DNA of 64,000 bases, taken from positions 265,754 through 329,753 of the forward strand of contig NMRA01000174.1 in NCBI GenBank assembly GCA_002633005.1, written 5' to 3'. Position numbers and translations under genes: made by a program. Every line of letters begins with the position of its first letter. The first letter of the stretch is position 1. Origin of the DNA: Phoronis australis. Its lineage: Eukaryota > Animalia > Phoronida. Below the pieces are notes generated by a model, which made no database searches, was not told where the DNA came from, and worked only from the letters and a program-made list of their open reading frames with translations. This document shows positions 1-12,770 of this stretch, one piece after another.

Positions 1-272
1 ATTTGGTTCGTGTTTCGGGGCGTTCCAGGTGACAAAAGAACAAGTCCAATGGATTTCATCGATTCCTATTATGGGAAAATTGCCATCACTACCTTCATGT
101 ATTCCAGTTTGAAATTTGTGATTTTGAGTTGACATACCGTAGTTAATACTGCATGGGCCTTCAACTTAGTTCCTCGTTTTCTATAAATCCAGATCTGAAA
201 TCCTTATATTGAGAAAGGCACCACCAAACACTGGTTTTCAAGGTCAAATTATTACCCCATATAATTCTTCAG
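1..272. repeat. Exact copy of 1378-1649 ending at a single-N gap (probable contig overlap)
   Basis: 1-272 reads identically to 1378-1649; N at 273. Confidence 0.9.
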
Positions 273-273
273 N

Positions 274-1314
274 TCATGCGCCATTATGGCATCCCAGAAA
301 AGAAAGTGACACTGGTCAAAAACATGTACGAAGGAAGTAACTGCCGTGTTCTTCGTGACGGTGAAATGACAGACCCATTTGAAATCAGAACAGGTGTGAA
401 GCAAGGCTGTCTTCTGTCACCTTTTCTTTTCAACCTAGTAATAGACTGGACAATGAGAGAGGTGACAACAGGCAGAAGAAACGGAATACAGTGGACCCTA
501 TGGACACAGCTGGATGACCTGGACTACGCAGATGACATTGCACTACTCTCTCACACAGCAGGCCAAATACGAAGGAAAACAGATGAACCGGACAAAACAG
601 CAAGGAAGATTGGCCTTGTCATCAACAGTGAAATAACAAAAATTCTTCACTTAACCCCAGAGACAGAAACACCAATTGAAATAAATGGATCAATCCTGCA
701 GGAAGTTGAACATTTCACATACCTTGGCAGCAAGATAGATAAAAAAGGGGGACTGAAGCTGACATACGAGCAAGAATTGCCAAAGCCAGAACTGCATTTT
801 ACCAACTAATGAAAGTATGGAAAGCTAGGAAACTCTCGCTGAAAACACAATTGAGATTGTTCATCTCAAATGTGAAATCAGTACTGTTATATGGATCAGA
901 GACCTGGACAAACACAAAAACAAACTTCAAGAGACTGCAAACTTTTGTCAATTCATGCCTGAGAAAAAATTTGAGGATACAGTGGCCAGAAAGGATAAGA
1001 TTAGAAATGAAGAATTGTGGGAAAGAACAGGACAGACACCAGTGGAAGAGGAGATCGGCCGAAGGATATGGCGCTGGATTGGACATACACTAAGAAGACC
1101 AACAAGTAGCACTTCCAGACACGCATTAAAGTGGAACCCACAGGGTAAACAAAACAGAGGCAGACCACGAATGACCAGGAGAAGATGCATCACCGATGAC
1201 ATGGAGAGGTTAGGATACCCATGGAGACAGCTAGAAGGAATCGCCCAGGACAGAACAAAATGGAAATCTCTGATTCGTGGCCTATACCCTGGTAGGGGTG
1301 ACGGGCATTGATGA
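274..1314 (+). mobile_element. RTE-clade non-LTR retrotransposon, 3' fragment (RT C-terminal half), frameshifted
   Basis: Three overlapping ORFs (276-809, 809-1093, 955-1311) join into an RTE-type RT: GVKQGCLLSPFLF, LDYADD, FTYLGS, VLLYGSETW, RWIGHTLR, RGRPR. Frameshifts fall near homopolymer runs (~745, ~965). Ends TGATGA at the stop; the 5' end is cut by the N at 273. Confidence 0.92.
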
Positions 1315-4300
1315 AAAGGATGGCAAATGCTCTGGTAAAGGGTCATGCAGCAGTTGCAGCGTCATACTTGAAAACTAATTTGGTTCGTGTTTCGGGGCGT
1401 TCCAGGTGACAAAAGAACAAGTCCAATGGATTTCATCGATTCCTATTATGGGAAAATTGCCATCACTACCTTCATGTATTCCAGTTTGAAATTTGTGATT
1501 TTGAGTTGACATACCGTAGTTAATACTGCATGGGCCTTCAACTTAGTTCCTCGTTTTCTATAAATCCAGATCTGAAATCCTTATATTGAGAAAGGCACCA
1601 CCAAACACTGGTTTTCAAGGTCAAATTATTACCCCATATAATTCTTCAGAGCTTTCACCTTTCAATAGAAAACTGAAACTAGTAAGATCTCAAATATCAG
1701 TTTTAAAGCTACGTTAGAAACAACATGTTAACGAAACTGAACCAGGTGAGTGCAAACTGCAAACTCCTCTAACAAAATTTACAACAGCCAGACACGAAAA
1801 ACATTTCACCCTTTTTATGTTTACAACATTCTTTAATGTCATATGGGAGTAACCTCCATGGAGATTGTTCAGTGTGCGGGAGGGGGGGGGACAATCGGGC
1901 TCTCTTTCTTCCAGCCAAAGGAAATGGCATTTCTACAAATATTATTTAACATGACAGCATGCTTTATGAAATATGACAGCACACCATAAACAACGAACCA
2001 GCAGGATTCTAAAAACACAGGTGGTATTGCAGAGGTTGATGCAAGAATGAAGTGGATACAAGTACACCTTGTGGCAATTAGGGCAACACATACTGAGGAT
2101 TAGTGCCAAATTTCTAAACAATAAAGCCCTGTCTAAGGTGGACTTGGTATCAAGTGTGTAGACTGTGTTCGACTCCACTGTCAGAGCTACAAGGTTGAAA
2201 GTGACATGTCCATTGAAATAAAGCACGTCTTTGTGATTTTGTTCTATTTTCAATCAACTCAGGAAAAGTCCTATACATCTTCTGAACCACTGTCTACACA
2301 CTCGCATTGTTGATACAGAGTGCTATGCAAAAATTCAATGTTTAATGGTAATGTAAGAAATCGTAGTTACAGTAAAGTGTCCTCAAATTTGAACAAAAAA
2401 TAATGGCCAAAATGGTCATTTTTTTCACTTTTCAAGCACTCACTATATTTCCAAAAAAGGTCAAAATTGTATCATGTGTTTGTTGATAACAGTCGCGCTA
2501 AATAGTTTTCAAATAATGACGTGAAACCGTGTTCTTGTTTACTCAAGTCAAAAAATTTTGATAAAATAATATTTTACAGTTTTGCCATACCATATTATAG
2601 TTTGAAGAAACTTTACCCAACTCATGAACCCATGTATCTTCAGATCCAGCAGGGCAGCACATATATTTTCAAGTTTTCTATTTAAAGTCTACTTCGTTGG
2701 TCCCCAAAATAGTTTCATCCCAGAAGAAGCAAGATTATAAAGAGTCACCCTGTGCTCCCTGTATCCTATACTACAAACTAAAGCCCTGAACTTTGAAGAC
2801 AGCAATTCCAAGTCAGAGTTGTTTTTAAAGTCTAACTTTGTGACCTCACTTATTTTGCATGAAAACATTTGTAAAAAAACTTTCAAAATTCTCTCTTTCA
2901 AAGACTGATAACTTTGTTGCAAACAGTCATATAACATATCCGCTGTACAAGTCAAGAAAATAAGAAAAGTAACTTTTTGTTGAGAAATTTTACAAATATA
3001 CAGTTCACCTGAACACCACTTTGTTTGCTAAATATCAGAAGAATTACCGAAACTGAAACCTTAAATCCACTGAATTATTTTCCATGTCCCACTACACCTA
3101 TTGCAATGCTTGAACGCACACTAAATGTATTCAAAATGTATCTGGTACATGTTCATTGCCATTCAACGTCAAATTACAAATTTAAACATGACACAGGCAC
3201 TGATTTATGAACACAGTGTTTTTTGTGTTAAGCCATGGGCTATTTTTAATTTCTTATCAGAGGTCTAAAGAGAACTTCAGCTCAGCCAAAGTTCAGTCTC
3301 TGCTCACCACAGAATAATGTACAAATTGCAAATTAATGATGCGAGGTCAGAGGTCATCCCTATGTGCTGCCTTATCTTGTTTTTGAGATGAACATTGAGA
3401 AACACCCACCATTAAAAATGACCACACAAACCACTCCAGGCTCCACCAGTGTGACAGCTTTTATGAAGTAGTGAATGGGCAAGGATCTGATGACAAAATG
3501 CCATGAAATTAATCAACTGCTAAGCTTGTTGGAGCTGACAGACTGTGGTTTTTAAGTGGTAGGCCTGCTAATGCATTGGAACTCCCACCCACACAGAGAG
3601 TGAACAGAATCATTTTAGAAAATCTTCATTGACCCGCTGTTAGACTACAATATGTGCATGTATCACCGATTCACAGCCCATACGCCTATATACCAAATCA
3701 TGCATTTTTTAAGAAATTTCTTTACTCAGGTGTTTTGAATATAGCTTCATACATCTAAGCTTTGCTTACTGGTACAGGTGGATGTCTACAGCCAGCTCAT
3801 TTACAAGACTTAAATTGGATGTTATTTGTGGATGCTTGTCAATTCTCAATACTTTTCACTCAATCATGTCACCACATACTTATACTACAGTAATTTTCAT
3901 TCAAATAATAATTGAGAAATTTTATCTTCGGTTAGTCCAAGCATAGGTGCAAGAGTCCAATTCCATATGTAACCATAGGCTAAGCTTGACACACAGGTGC
4001 ATAGGCCTAAACACAGATATTAATCAGCACATTATGTTTGTAAACACACTTGTACAGACATCAACATTTAGAAACTATAGACCTTCCATAAAACCTTTCA
4101 ACTCCAAGAAATGTGTAGTTTCGAACTTAGTCATGGAAAGCAATATTAGGCAATTACTATGTCTAAAGATGAGTAGTGAAAGATCTGCAAATGCCTCATA
4201 ATTACTGCCAAATAATCCCTAGGTAAGTACACCAGGATAAGCTTATAGGTAGAGCAGATACAGCCAAGCGCAAAATGAACCGATTTCATGTAATTCAGAA

Positions 4301-5858
4301 AAAACTACTTTCAGTAACCTCCCAACTAACCAGACATTTGGAATGTCAATGACAAAACAGCCAGGTGAGCAGACGCTTAATTGCGCTCAGACTTAGGGGA
4401 ACCTTACAAAATTGACCGTTTTTATGGTCCAATGATATACCAGATGGTGCACAAAAATTTCACACCTCTTCACATTTTTGCAGTACTGAGAGCCTGGTAC
4501 TTACAAGCACTGATCTCAAAAGAGATTAACTGAATCTAATATATCATCCACGTGGCTCGTTTTCAGCTTTTTCTACATAGAGAAACAGTCCTACCTTGAA
4601 ATCAGTTATAAAAATAGACTTCATTCACGCTTTCACATTTATACTTGGGATTACCGCTACATATACCAAGTGAGTCAGAATTAATTTCTCGACTAAAAGC
4701 CGATAAACTAATCTCACGATTATCCCGCTGATCACTCCTCCCAAGTCAGTAATTCCGAAAAAAATCCATTAGACCGTCTTCCTTCATAACAACATATCCT
4801 GGTGAAACGTGCTCAGTCACAGGAAGGAAATCTTTTTATATTAACCATAGGAAAGAAAGAAGACTGCAGTAAGTGAAACACATCAGAGGCACCAGTATAA
4901 AATCAATATGATTGAGGTGCATGGACAGGCAAGTGGTACACTATTAGTCAAGGCAGGGCCACTCAGAGGGTATTATTGGGTCAAGAACAGAACCTTACCT
5001 TACATTGAGAGCATGACCTGATGAAATAATGTTAGTATAAGCCCATACCATATGTAGCAAACAGGACAGGTAATCTGTGGCTTGGGTCATATTGCATAAT
5101 TTGTTTAGAATAATCCCCTTAGTTCTGCTTTGGAATTTACAAGCCACAGCAAAATGTAATGGAGGGTATGTAATTTGGGGGACCTTCAGAAATGGTAGTC
5201 ATGGTTTACACAGTGCCAACGACATGAATTATTGCTGCTTATAATTTTTCTGTGGCGTTTTCTCTCACAGTTAAACATGATGGCAATAACTACAAGTGGC
5301 AGACATTTTAGTACAGATATCTTTGCTTATGGAACAAAAAAGTGAATGAACTCCATAGCTCCTACCTTGTCAACCAATCACTACAGTTGTGCTCATTTTT
5401 GCTAGTCTACGCTTATAAGATTTTGAGAGTATTGTACTGGCAAAAAAATTGCCTGTCATTAATGAGATTTTAGATGATCTTGCCTAAGTGATGTGGGATT
5501 TCGCTTTTCACCCAGGAAAGTTGATCTACGGAATGCAGCTAAGCTCAAGTTTTCAAATTCCCCAAAACTAGCTTTACCTCGGGAAAGGTGAAATGAGCTT
5601 TGTTACAACAAAATCAAAGAAAATGATATAAGTGAAAATTCTTGATATCCAAAAACCATTATACCATCAAGTCAACACAATTCATAGACAATGTCAATTC
5701 AAACTACACAGCACAGACCATAAATCATCACAATGGAACTTCTTGAAGAATTAGGTTAAATCCTCAGAGACAGGTGTGAATGTTGGATGAAACCTAAAAT
5801 ACCAGTTGCGATCAATGCATGACATAGCTTAACCCACAGCTCACCATGTGCCCCAGAA

Positions 5859-6370
5859 GGCTCTTTCATGTTGATTTACCACTCCGGTCTGAGCCGAGCG
5901 TCGACGACGTAAACAACGCAATTAAATGGACCGTTCATACTGGCTTTGGTAGTTAATTAACATCGAAGTAAGCGATTGGTGCTGCTGTCGTCATCGAAGT
6001 TATCGCAAGCTGGCGTTGCACCCTAAGATTTTTTTCAATGTTTCAATTTGGAAACATTTACATGAGCTAAGTGACATTAAACTTATTTTTTAAATCGATT
6101 GATTATTATTAGAGCAAAATATAAGCAGCTATTAGTGACAGCACTACCTTGTAACTGTTGACGATAACAGTGGCACCTGGCGATAACTTCGATTCGACCG
6201 AAATTAAGCGTTCATACTGCACCGCAGCATCGACGTTGCAATATTGAAATCCACCTGTTAACTGCGATGTTAACTGGAGCTGTTAACTGCGATCCAGGAC
6301 TAGAGTTAAGCGTTCATACTGACCGCAACTCCCCAAACCACCGACGCGTCGACGTTAGTATGAAAGGCCC
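5859..6370. mobile_element. Non-autonomous TIR element (PIF/Harbinger-like MITE), copy 1
   Basis: Ends GTATGAAAGGCCC followed by TTA; degenerate left end GGCTCTTTCATG. The interior aligns in reverse orientation with 17490-17913. Confidence 0.75.
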
Positions 6371-9300
6371 TTAAAATGGTTTTGTGATCATAAAAATTCT
6401 CCCACAGTTGGCAATTGCAGAACATGGTGACTAACAACCCAACAAACTGCAGAGAGAGATACAACTGTTTTCAGGGATTGGTACAGTTTGCTCCATGTAA
6501 TTACAACCCACTTGTTTTACAATTCAACCACCATAAATTGATTTTCCAAATGAACCAGAGGCAATAAAATGAACCTCACCCAGGAGTGCATTTCAACAGA
6601 AAAGAACTAGAACCATGCATTTCCACGTAACTGGGGTACATTCCATAGAACAGGTTTCCTGCGAGAAAATTGACATCACGTAAGACCCCGCAAAAACTAT
6701 GACTTTTTCGTAAGCTCAGGACCAACATAACTTAAGCATAGAAACTAGCAAAGTGGCCACCACTGAAGTGATAAGTCCACATGCACAGCCTGCCCTAGAA
6801 CAACATGCACTCAATAGTGCAACTTGCCTAACTCCTAAGTGGAGCTCCACAGACCCACACACATCACTCTGTGCATGACAATGAACAGCTGATGCGAACA
6901 CGGCAAACAAAAGAAGACCCCTCTGTTATATAATCACAACTGATAATTACTTCCGCCCTCCCCCATGTATTCGACCACACACCAATTAGAAGTAGCGCAA
7001 GTTACAAGTTACCTTACCTCAATAAGGTGTAGTAAATTGTCATAAGTGAGGTAAATTGTACTACCCACGGGAAACTAGGGTGCAAGCTCCTAGCATAGAT
7101 ATCGATGTATCTATTGTTCACTTTACTTTTCTGTCTCATAATAAAGATAATGGTTAAGCATTTATCGGTAACTGGCTGGTGGAAACCCAAGGTACAATAT
7201 CCGTGCGACCTGTATTGTTATATCCAATAAAGACATAACAAAGAAAAAAATGGTAGTGTCTCATAGGCGATAATCTTGTGATGCGCTTACACCCGACGCG
7301 TTGATCTCGCAAGTTAAACAATAGCTTGCGAAATTCATACGTCATCATTAGGCATCCACACAGCCTCCAAACTTAGCGACAACTCGTTCCAGGAGTACCT
7401 TGTTCTAGTGTAAGTCTGTGTGTGGACAACACTGAAGAGCGGGCAGACAGGAGTGTTGAATTATGATAAAAACTTCACGGTTTCCGTTCGACAATCAAGG
7501 ATTTATCGTAATGAGCGACACTATATTCTTAAGGCAATGCTGAGGAAGGTGTCACTTCTTTACATTTGAATACATTGAGAGCGGAAAGCGGATGATAAGC
7601 ATGGAGACTGCAGGTCCAATGGGATTACTTGAATACATGCACTTTGATGACAGGCGCTACCTAATTATCCAGCAGCTCATTGTGTCTATGGTATCCATGG
7701 AGTCTGATGTCAATGTGTGTTCAAACAGTTCAGTAGGAAGAATAATATACCTCTGTATTGTCTTTCAATAAGCATCACTTTGCCACCTAGCAAGACAACG
7801 ACTATTCCCTTTTCGCAAACGATATAATCTCACTAATTTTGGACAAAAATTAATTGTAAAAATTGATCTTGTTCGTCTTTTGAAAACAAAATCGAAATAA
7901 CCAAAGTCTCCTAAAACATTGTCTAGTTGTGGTAGTGGCTTTGATACAGAATTTGAATTGATTAAGCATTCGTTTCGTGCTTCTTATCTCTTATGAAAAA
8001 ATTCAAATTTTCTCATCCCAATGTCGTGTCCCATATCTGTGAGATTTTACAGTACTTAACATTAAAAAGAACACACAAAATTTACAGTTTTGCCAGCTAG
8101 AATATTTCAACACTGTGGATCAAACAATTTAGAGCTGAACTTTAAGCCCAGCCCACTTCAAATTTAAAAGACCATAAAACCATTAGCTTGTCAAGCAGAT
8201 GACAGGCAGAGAAGCACTTGTCCACTCCAGACTACATCCTCAGTTCCAAACTTCCAAACATTGGACAGGACATGTAACACTTAACATTGACAGCAAAGGC
8301 AACTGTTGATTGACCCAATTTCAAATTCCATGTGCAAGACTTTTTAATCACTGTCATTTTGAGACACAAGACAGAATTATTTGAATATCCTACAGTGGAA
8401 ATTTGACAGCATGATGGTTGCAGACAATTTATGAAACATGTTGCCATCACCTCACATCCCCATTAAAAATAGCTTAGCACTGTATACCAAGTACTCCAGG
8501 TCCCTGCTATATTGTCAAAATTAACACCCCTTCTTATTAACCCTAACCACTGCACTGATTGACATGGTCATCAAAATAATCTGCAGTCTGGGAACAACAC
8601 ACTGGACAACCACCATTGTTTATTTACAAGGTTCTTTGTAAAAGGAAGACTAAATGGCCATGAGCCATTCAATGACCCAGGATGTGTTCAGCAGTGTCAT
8701 TTGTTGGCTGAGTGAGGAAATCAAGAATGCAACACATGTAATACAGGGCATTATCTAGGAAAATTTGAATGTTCTCACCAAACTTTAAGAAACTAAACAT
8801 TCTGAACACACGGAGATACATCAGCAGAAATCACCTTCTGAAAGGAGCAGTGTACGAATGTCACGGCTCTTCTGTAGTAATTTGTGAACAAGCTGAAATT
8901 ATGGCCAAAATCGTGCAAACTACAAGCACTGTGCTTGAGATCGGCGGGTTAAGCTTTATGAGCAAGTTTGGAAGAGTTGAAAATGTTCCACCAGTCTCGA
9001 TAGTTTTGCTAAAATTGGGTCAGCAACAAATAAGTGCAGTTTTGAAGAAATTTCTCAGCGCTTATAGAGCTCATTGGAATCAATTTGACAGATGACTATA
9101 CTCTTCAAAAAAAATTGGAATATCCCAACAGAATATAAAAGTTAAGATAAAGTCAAAAGAATAAGTAAGAAACAAAGTAAGACTAAAACTAACCTTGCTT
9201 GCATATGTGATACAGAAAAATAATCTCGTGGCAGACAACAAACATAACCATCTCACAGAAGGTTTTTTCAAGGCACAGAATCTACAACATTTTCACCGTT

Positions 9301-11850
9301 ACAAAGATGTCAGTACATCAAAAATACTTCTTGGTCAAATAATTTTGGGTACGTCAAGTCAGGTGAACTATAAAAGTAGCGGATCAGTTGCCCTAACAAA
9401 AATGACTAGGAGTGCAACAGTATAGCTGGTTATCAATCACCAACGCAGGTGACAGGCTGCCAGCTTTCAAATATAGTAATGTAGCTAGTAAGGTACCTGT
9501 TTCCTCAATAATAATGATGGGTAATTAAAACGCCTCCTCAAAGCACATTTTTCCAGCTGTACACTAATGTAAGTTGAGTGTCACACACACAGGCCACCTG
9601 AGGACTAAATGTATATCACATGTTCGCACAGCATATCCCTATCAATGGACCAAGGCTTAAAAGAACTGACTAAATCACTCACAACTCACTACTTCACAGA
9701 TAACACACTCCAATTGGAAATGGACATAACTTTATTGCAATATTTAATTACCTTTCGCAAGTACCATTGCAGTTTCACAATGGCAGCAATATTCACACTT
9801 TAAAATCAAAGGCAACAAGTCTCAGGAGATACTCACTGGCCCTTCCCGCCACGCACCAAAGCCAGCTAGTTACTGTACAGTAATACAGCCACATGTTCAC
9901 CTTATGCACTGCCTGCGCATCAATGTGACCATGAGTACCTGGCAGAAATCATTTTATAACATACATATTTTCTTCTGCAGGTTGTCCCAAAACTACTGAA
10001 AACATTTCAACTTTCAGACTCAACTGGAGGAGCCTGCAACACCGTCTTATTCAAAATCGCATGAATCTGAAACACATCACATACCCGCACTCCTGGCCAC
10101 AAAATGTCTCAGTTGGGACTGAAGGCAAACAAACCGAAACTTTATCTTGAAGCCATGAGCTAAGGACTAACAACAGGGGCACACCAAGGATAAAGACAGC
10201 ATACAGAATCATTGACTCATGTCAGATAATAGTATCGTGTTGCCTGGTGGAGCCATAGGGATGGAATCCATTGACACATTTGGGGATTGGGTGGAAATTA
10301 CCTTGCAGAAGTAATAGTCCCTCTTTGTAGTGTCACACAAACTACCAGTCAATCATTTTCAAATAAACTATCCCTAAACAGTAGCAGTACAAAACTCCCA
10401 GAAGCCACCTGGTGCAGATGGGAAATTGTTCTTCACCAATGTGGACAGTGATAATCACTAGCATATTTCCTGTGAGCCACTCAATTACACAACCTGGATA
10501 TCTTGGGGAAATAGCCAAGATTCCCTTATTAATTTGTGTACCCACTGAACTTCATGCAGATGGGATCAGATGTAATAATATCAAATGCACTGCACATCTC
10601 GTGATGATCCATCGGTGGGTGAGACCTAGGTGAGAATCTCACTATCCTACCATTCTGCTTTGAACAGAACATTCTGAATACTCAATGTGACTGAAAACTA
10701 GCAAACAAAACTTGGAACAGCGGAAATCATTTTTCAGGCTTATTATATCACAACTTTATGCATTAGATAACAATTTTTGTATCGGCTTATTTTATATATG
10801 CTACTTTGAGTATATACCTATATTGATATTTCCATCGTATATACCATAAGCCTCTGTAATCATTAGCTCTTTCATCATGTAAGCATGGCGTGACTGTGTA
10901 TATGAAAGGTGCACGAAAGTCCTACCCCCATCCCCTTTTACCAATTTATTTACATTTATTGCTCCTTATATGTTGACTTAATGTATAATTATTGTTTTAC
11001 TGTCTTGTAAAGGTTAGATCTGAGGCGTCCAACCTCAAACTAGCCTTTCTATGTTGATTGTCTGGGCAATAAACATATTAAAAAAATTAAAAAACATATT
11101 ATAATGGCAGGTAATAAATGAAGGTGAACAACAGTATGATGACAACCAATCACACAGACTTTTTGTCAACTCCATTAGTCATTATTTTCGGTTTACGACG
11201 GCGGTTTTCAATATGCTTAAAAAAGATTTAAATTCAAAACACATAACAGGAACAAAGTACAGGTTCTGATTAGTCAGAGCACAGATAAATATTTCAACAC
11301 AGGTTGCTCCGCTCATAGGTGCTAATGATAAAAAGAAATAAATAAGGTCGAAACATGATCTCACCTTGATGTGTGACCCACTTTCAAGTTTTGGGTGCAG
11401 GTATAGGATCAAATACTACAATATATAGGTCACTCATGATGGATAAATCACAATACTAACACATCACTCTGTCCACATGACCATTTTCAGTCTACTGTAC
11501 GTACCTATGGTCCCAAAACTCAAGATTCTGGCAGTTACTAAATTTACAACGACCATGACGAACTGTGATTTAGCAAACCTCCAGTTCAAGTAAAGCCTCA
11601 TAGAACATCACAACTGCCAATTCTGAACCAGAATTGTGTTGTTGAACTGAGCAGCTAAAGCAATCAGAGATTCTTTAAGTGTAGTCCTGTAAAATCAGGA
11701 AAGTAAACTTGGCATATGATTTCCATACCATGTACACGAAGGATACTAGAACATATTAAAAGATAGTGGCGTTACATCGTTCCACGTGAACATATAAACT
11801 CAATAAGAAGCGGTAGGCAATGTGGTATTAGTCACTTACAGCAGTCATGT

Positions 11851-11906
11851 ATTTTGAGAACCAGTTTTCTCCACTCAATAGCACATATCGAACTGGTTCT
11901 CAAAAT
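11851..11906. repeat. Short inverted repeat, member of a dispersed family (related at ~21056-21090 and ~23765-23850)
   Basis: ATTTTGAGAACCAGTT / AACTGGTTCTCAAAAT perfect 16-bp arms; GAGAACCAGTTT recurs at the other sites. Confidence 0.65.
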
Positions 11907-12516
11907 CACAATCCCTATAAATGACAATTGCCGGAAATACCATCGGTTCAAACTCATGTCAACTACGACTAAAAAACAGACGGACGATTAGCTATCTACA
12001 GAAAACAGTATAAAAGACTAAGCAAACACAAGACAGACCAATTAAATGTCTGTTTCCAGAACTTATGCCCCACCATAAGACAAATTTATGTACCGCTAAG
12101 ACAATTCCATTGAAGTTACAATCTTAAAGAATGTGGACACTTCTCACATCCTGGCATCGGCAAGCAAATCACTACAGAAAGCAAGAATAAATTAAGGTTA
12201 CAAAACTCCACATGGCAACCAAAAGTGTTTCTGAGACAATCCCCAGCCTGATACCCTAAGTGTCTCCAGAACAGAGCCTAATCAGCCACACATTCCATGG
12301 TTGCATCCATGGATGCCTATACCAGCCCAGGGGGGCAAATTCCAAAATATTAACAGACAAATACCAGTTATGCAACAACCAGGGCAATATGATTAATGGC
12401 CCAGTGACCTATCCAGTAAAACCACAAAGGCACTTACCAGTTACACACTTCCTGAAAGAACCAAGAACAGAACAAGCATCCAGCAAACCTGATAAAAAAT
12501 TGGAGATTTTCTAATT

Positions 12517-12770
12517 ATCTTACCCATGAGATTTATGGTAGAAATGTGAGTAGACATAAAGCCAAAAAATTGCAGAGGAATGGTTAAGGAGTTGAAATCT
12601 ATAGGCTATTTACTAGAGACAAATAAATCAGTGATCTTACCACAGAGATTGATGGTGAAACTGGCAGAGGCATGAAACCTAAATTTGATGAGAAATGGTT
12701 ATAAGCAGTGCGGATCTATAGATTATTATTGGAGACAGCTAAATCAGTGATCTTACCACTGAGATTTATT
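12517..12770. repeat. Diverged tandem repeat, ~117-bp unit, ~2 copies
   Basis: ATCTTACC..GAGATT and TAAATCAGTGATCTTACC recur at ~117-bp spacing. Confidence 0.6.

Noticed and set aside
8769-9095. 108-aa ORF
   Set aside because: No recognisable motif or splice context; probably a chance ORF in old repeat sequence.
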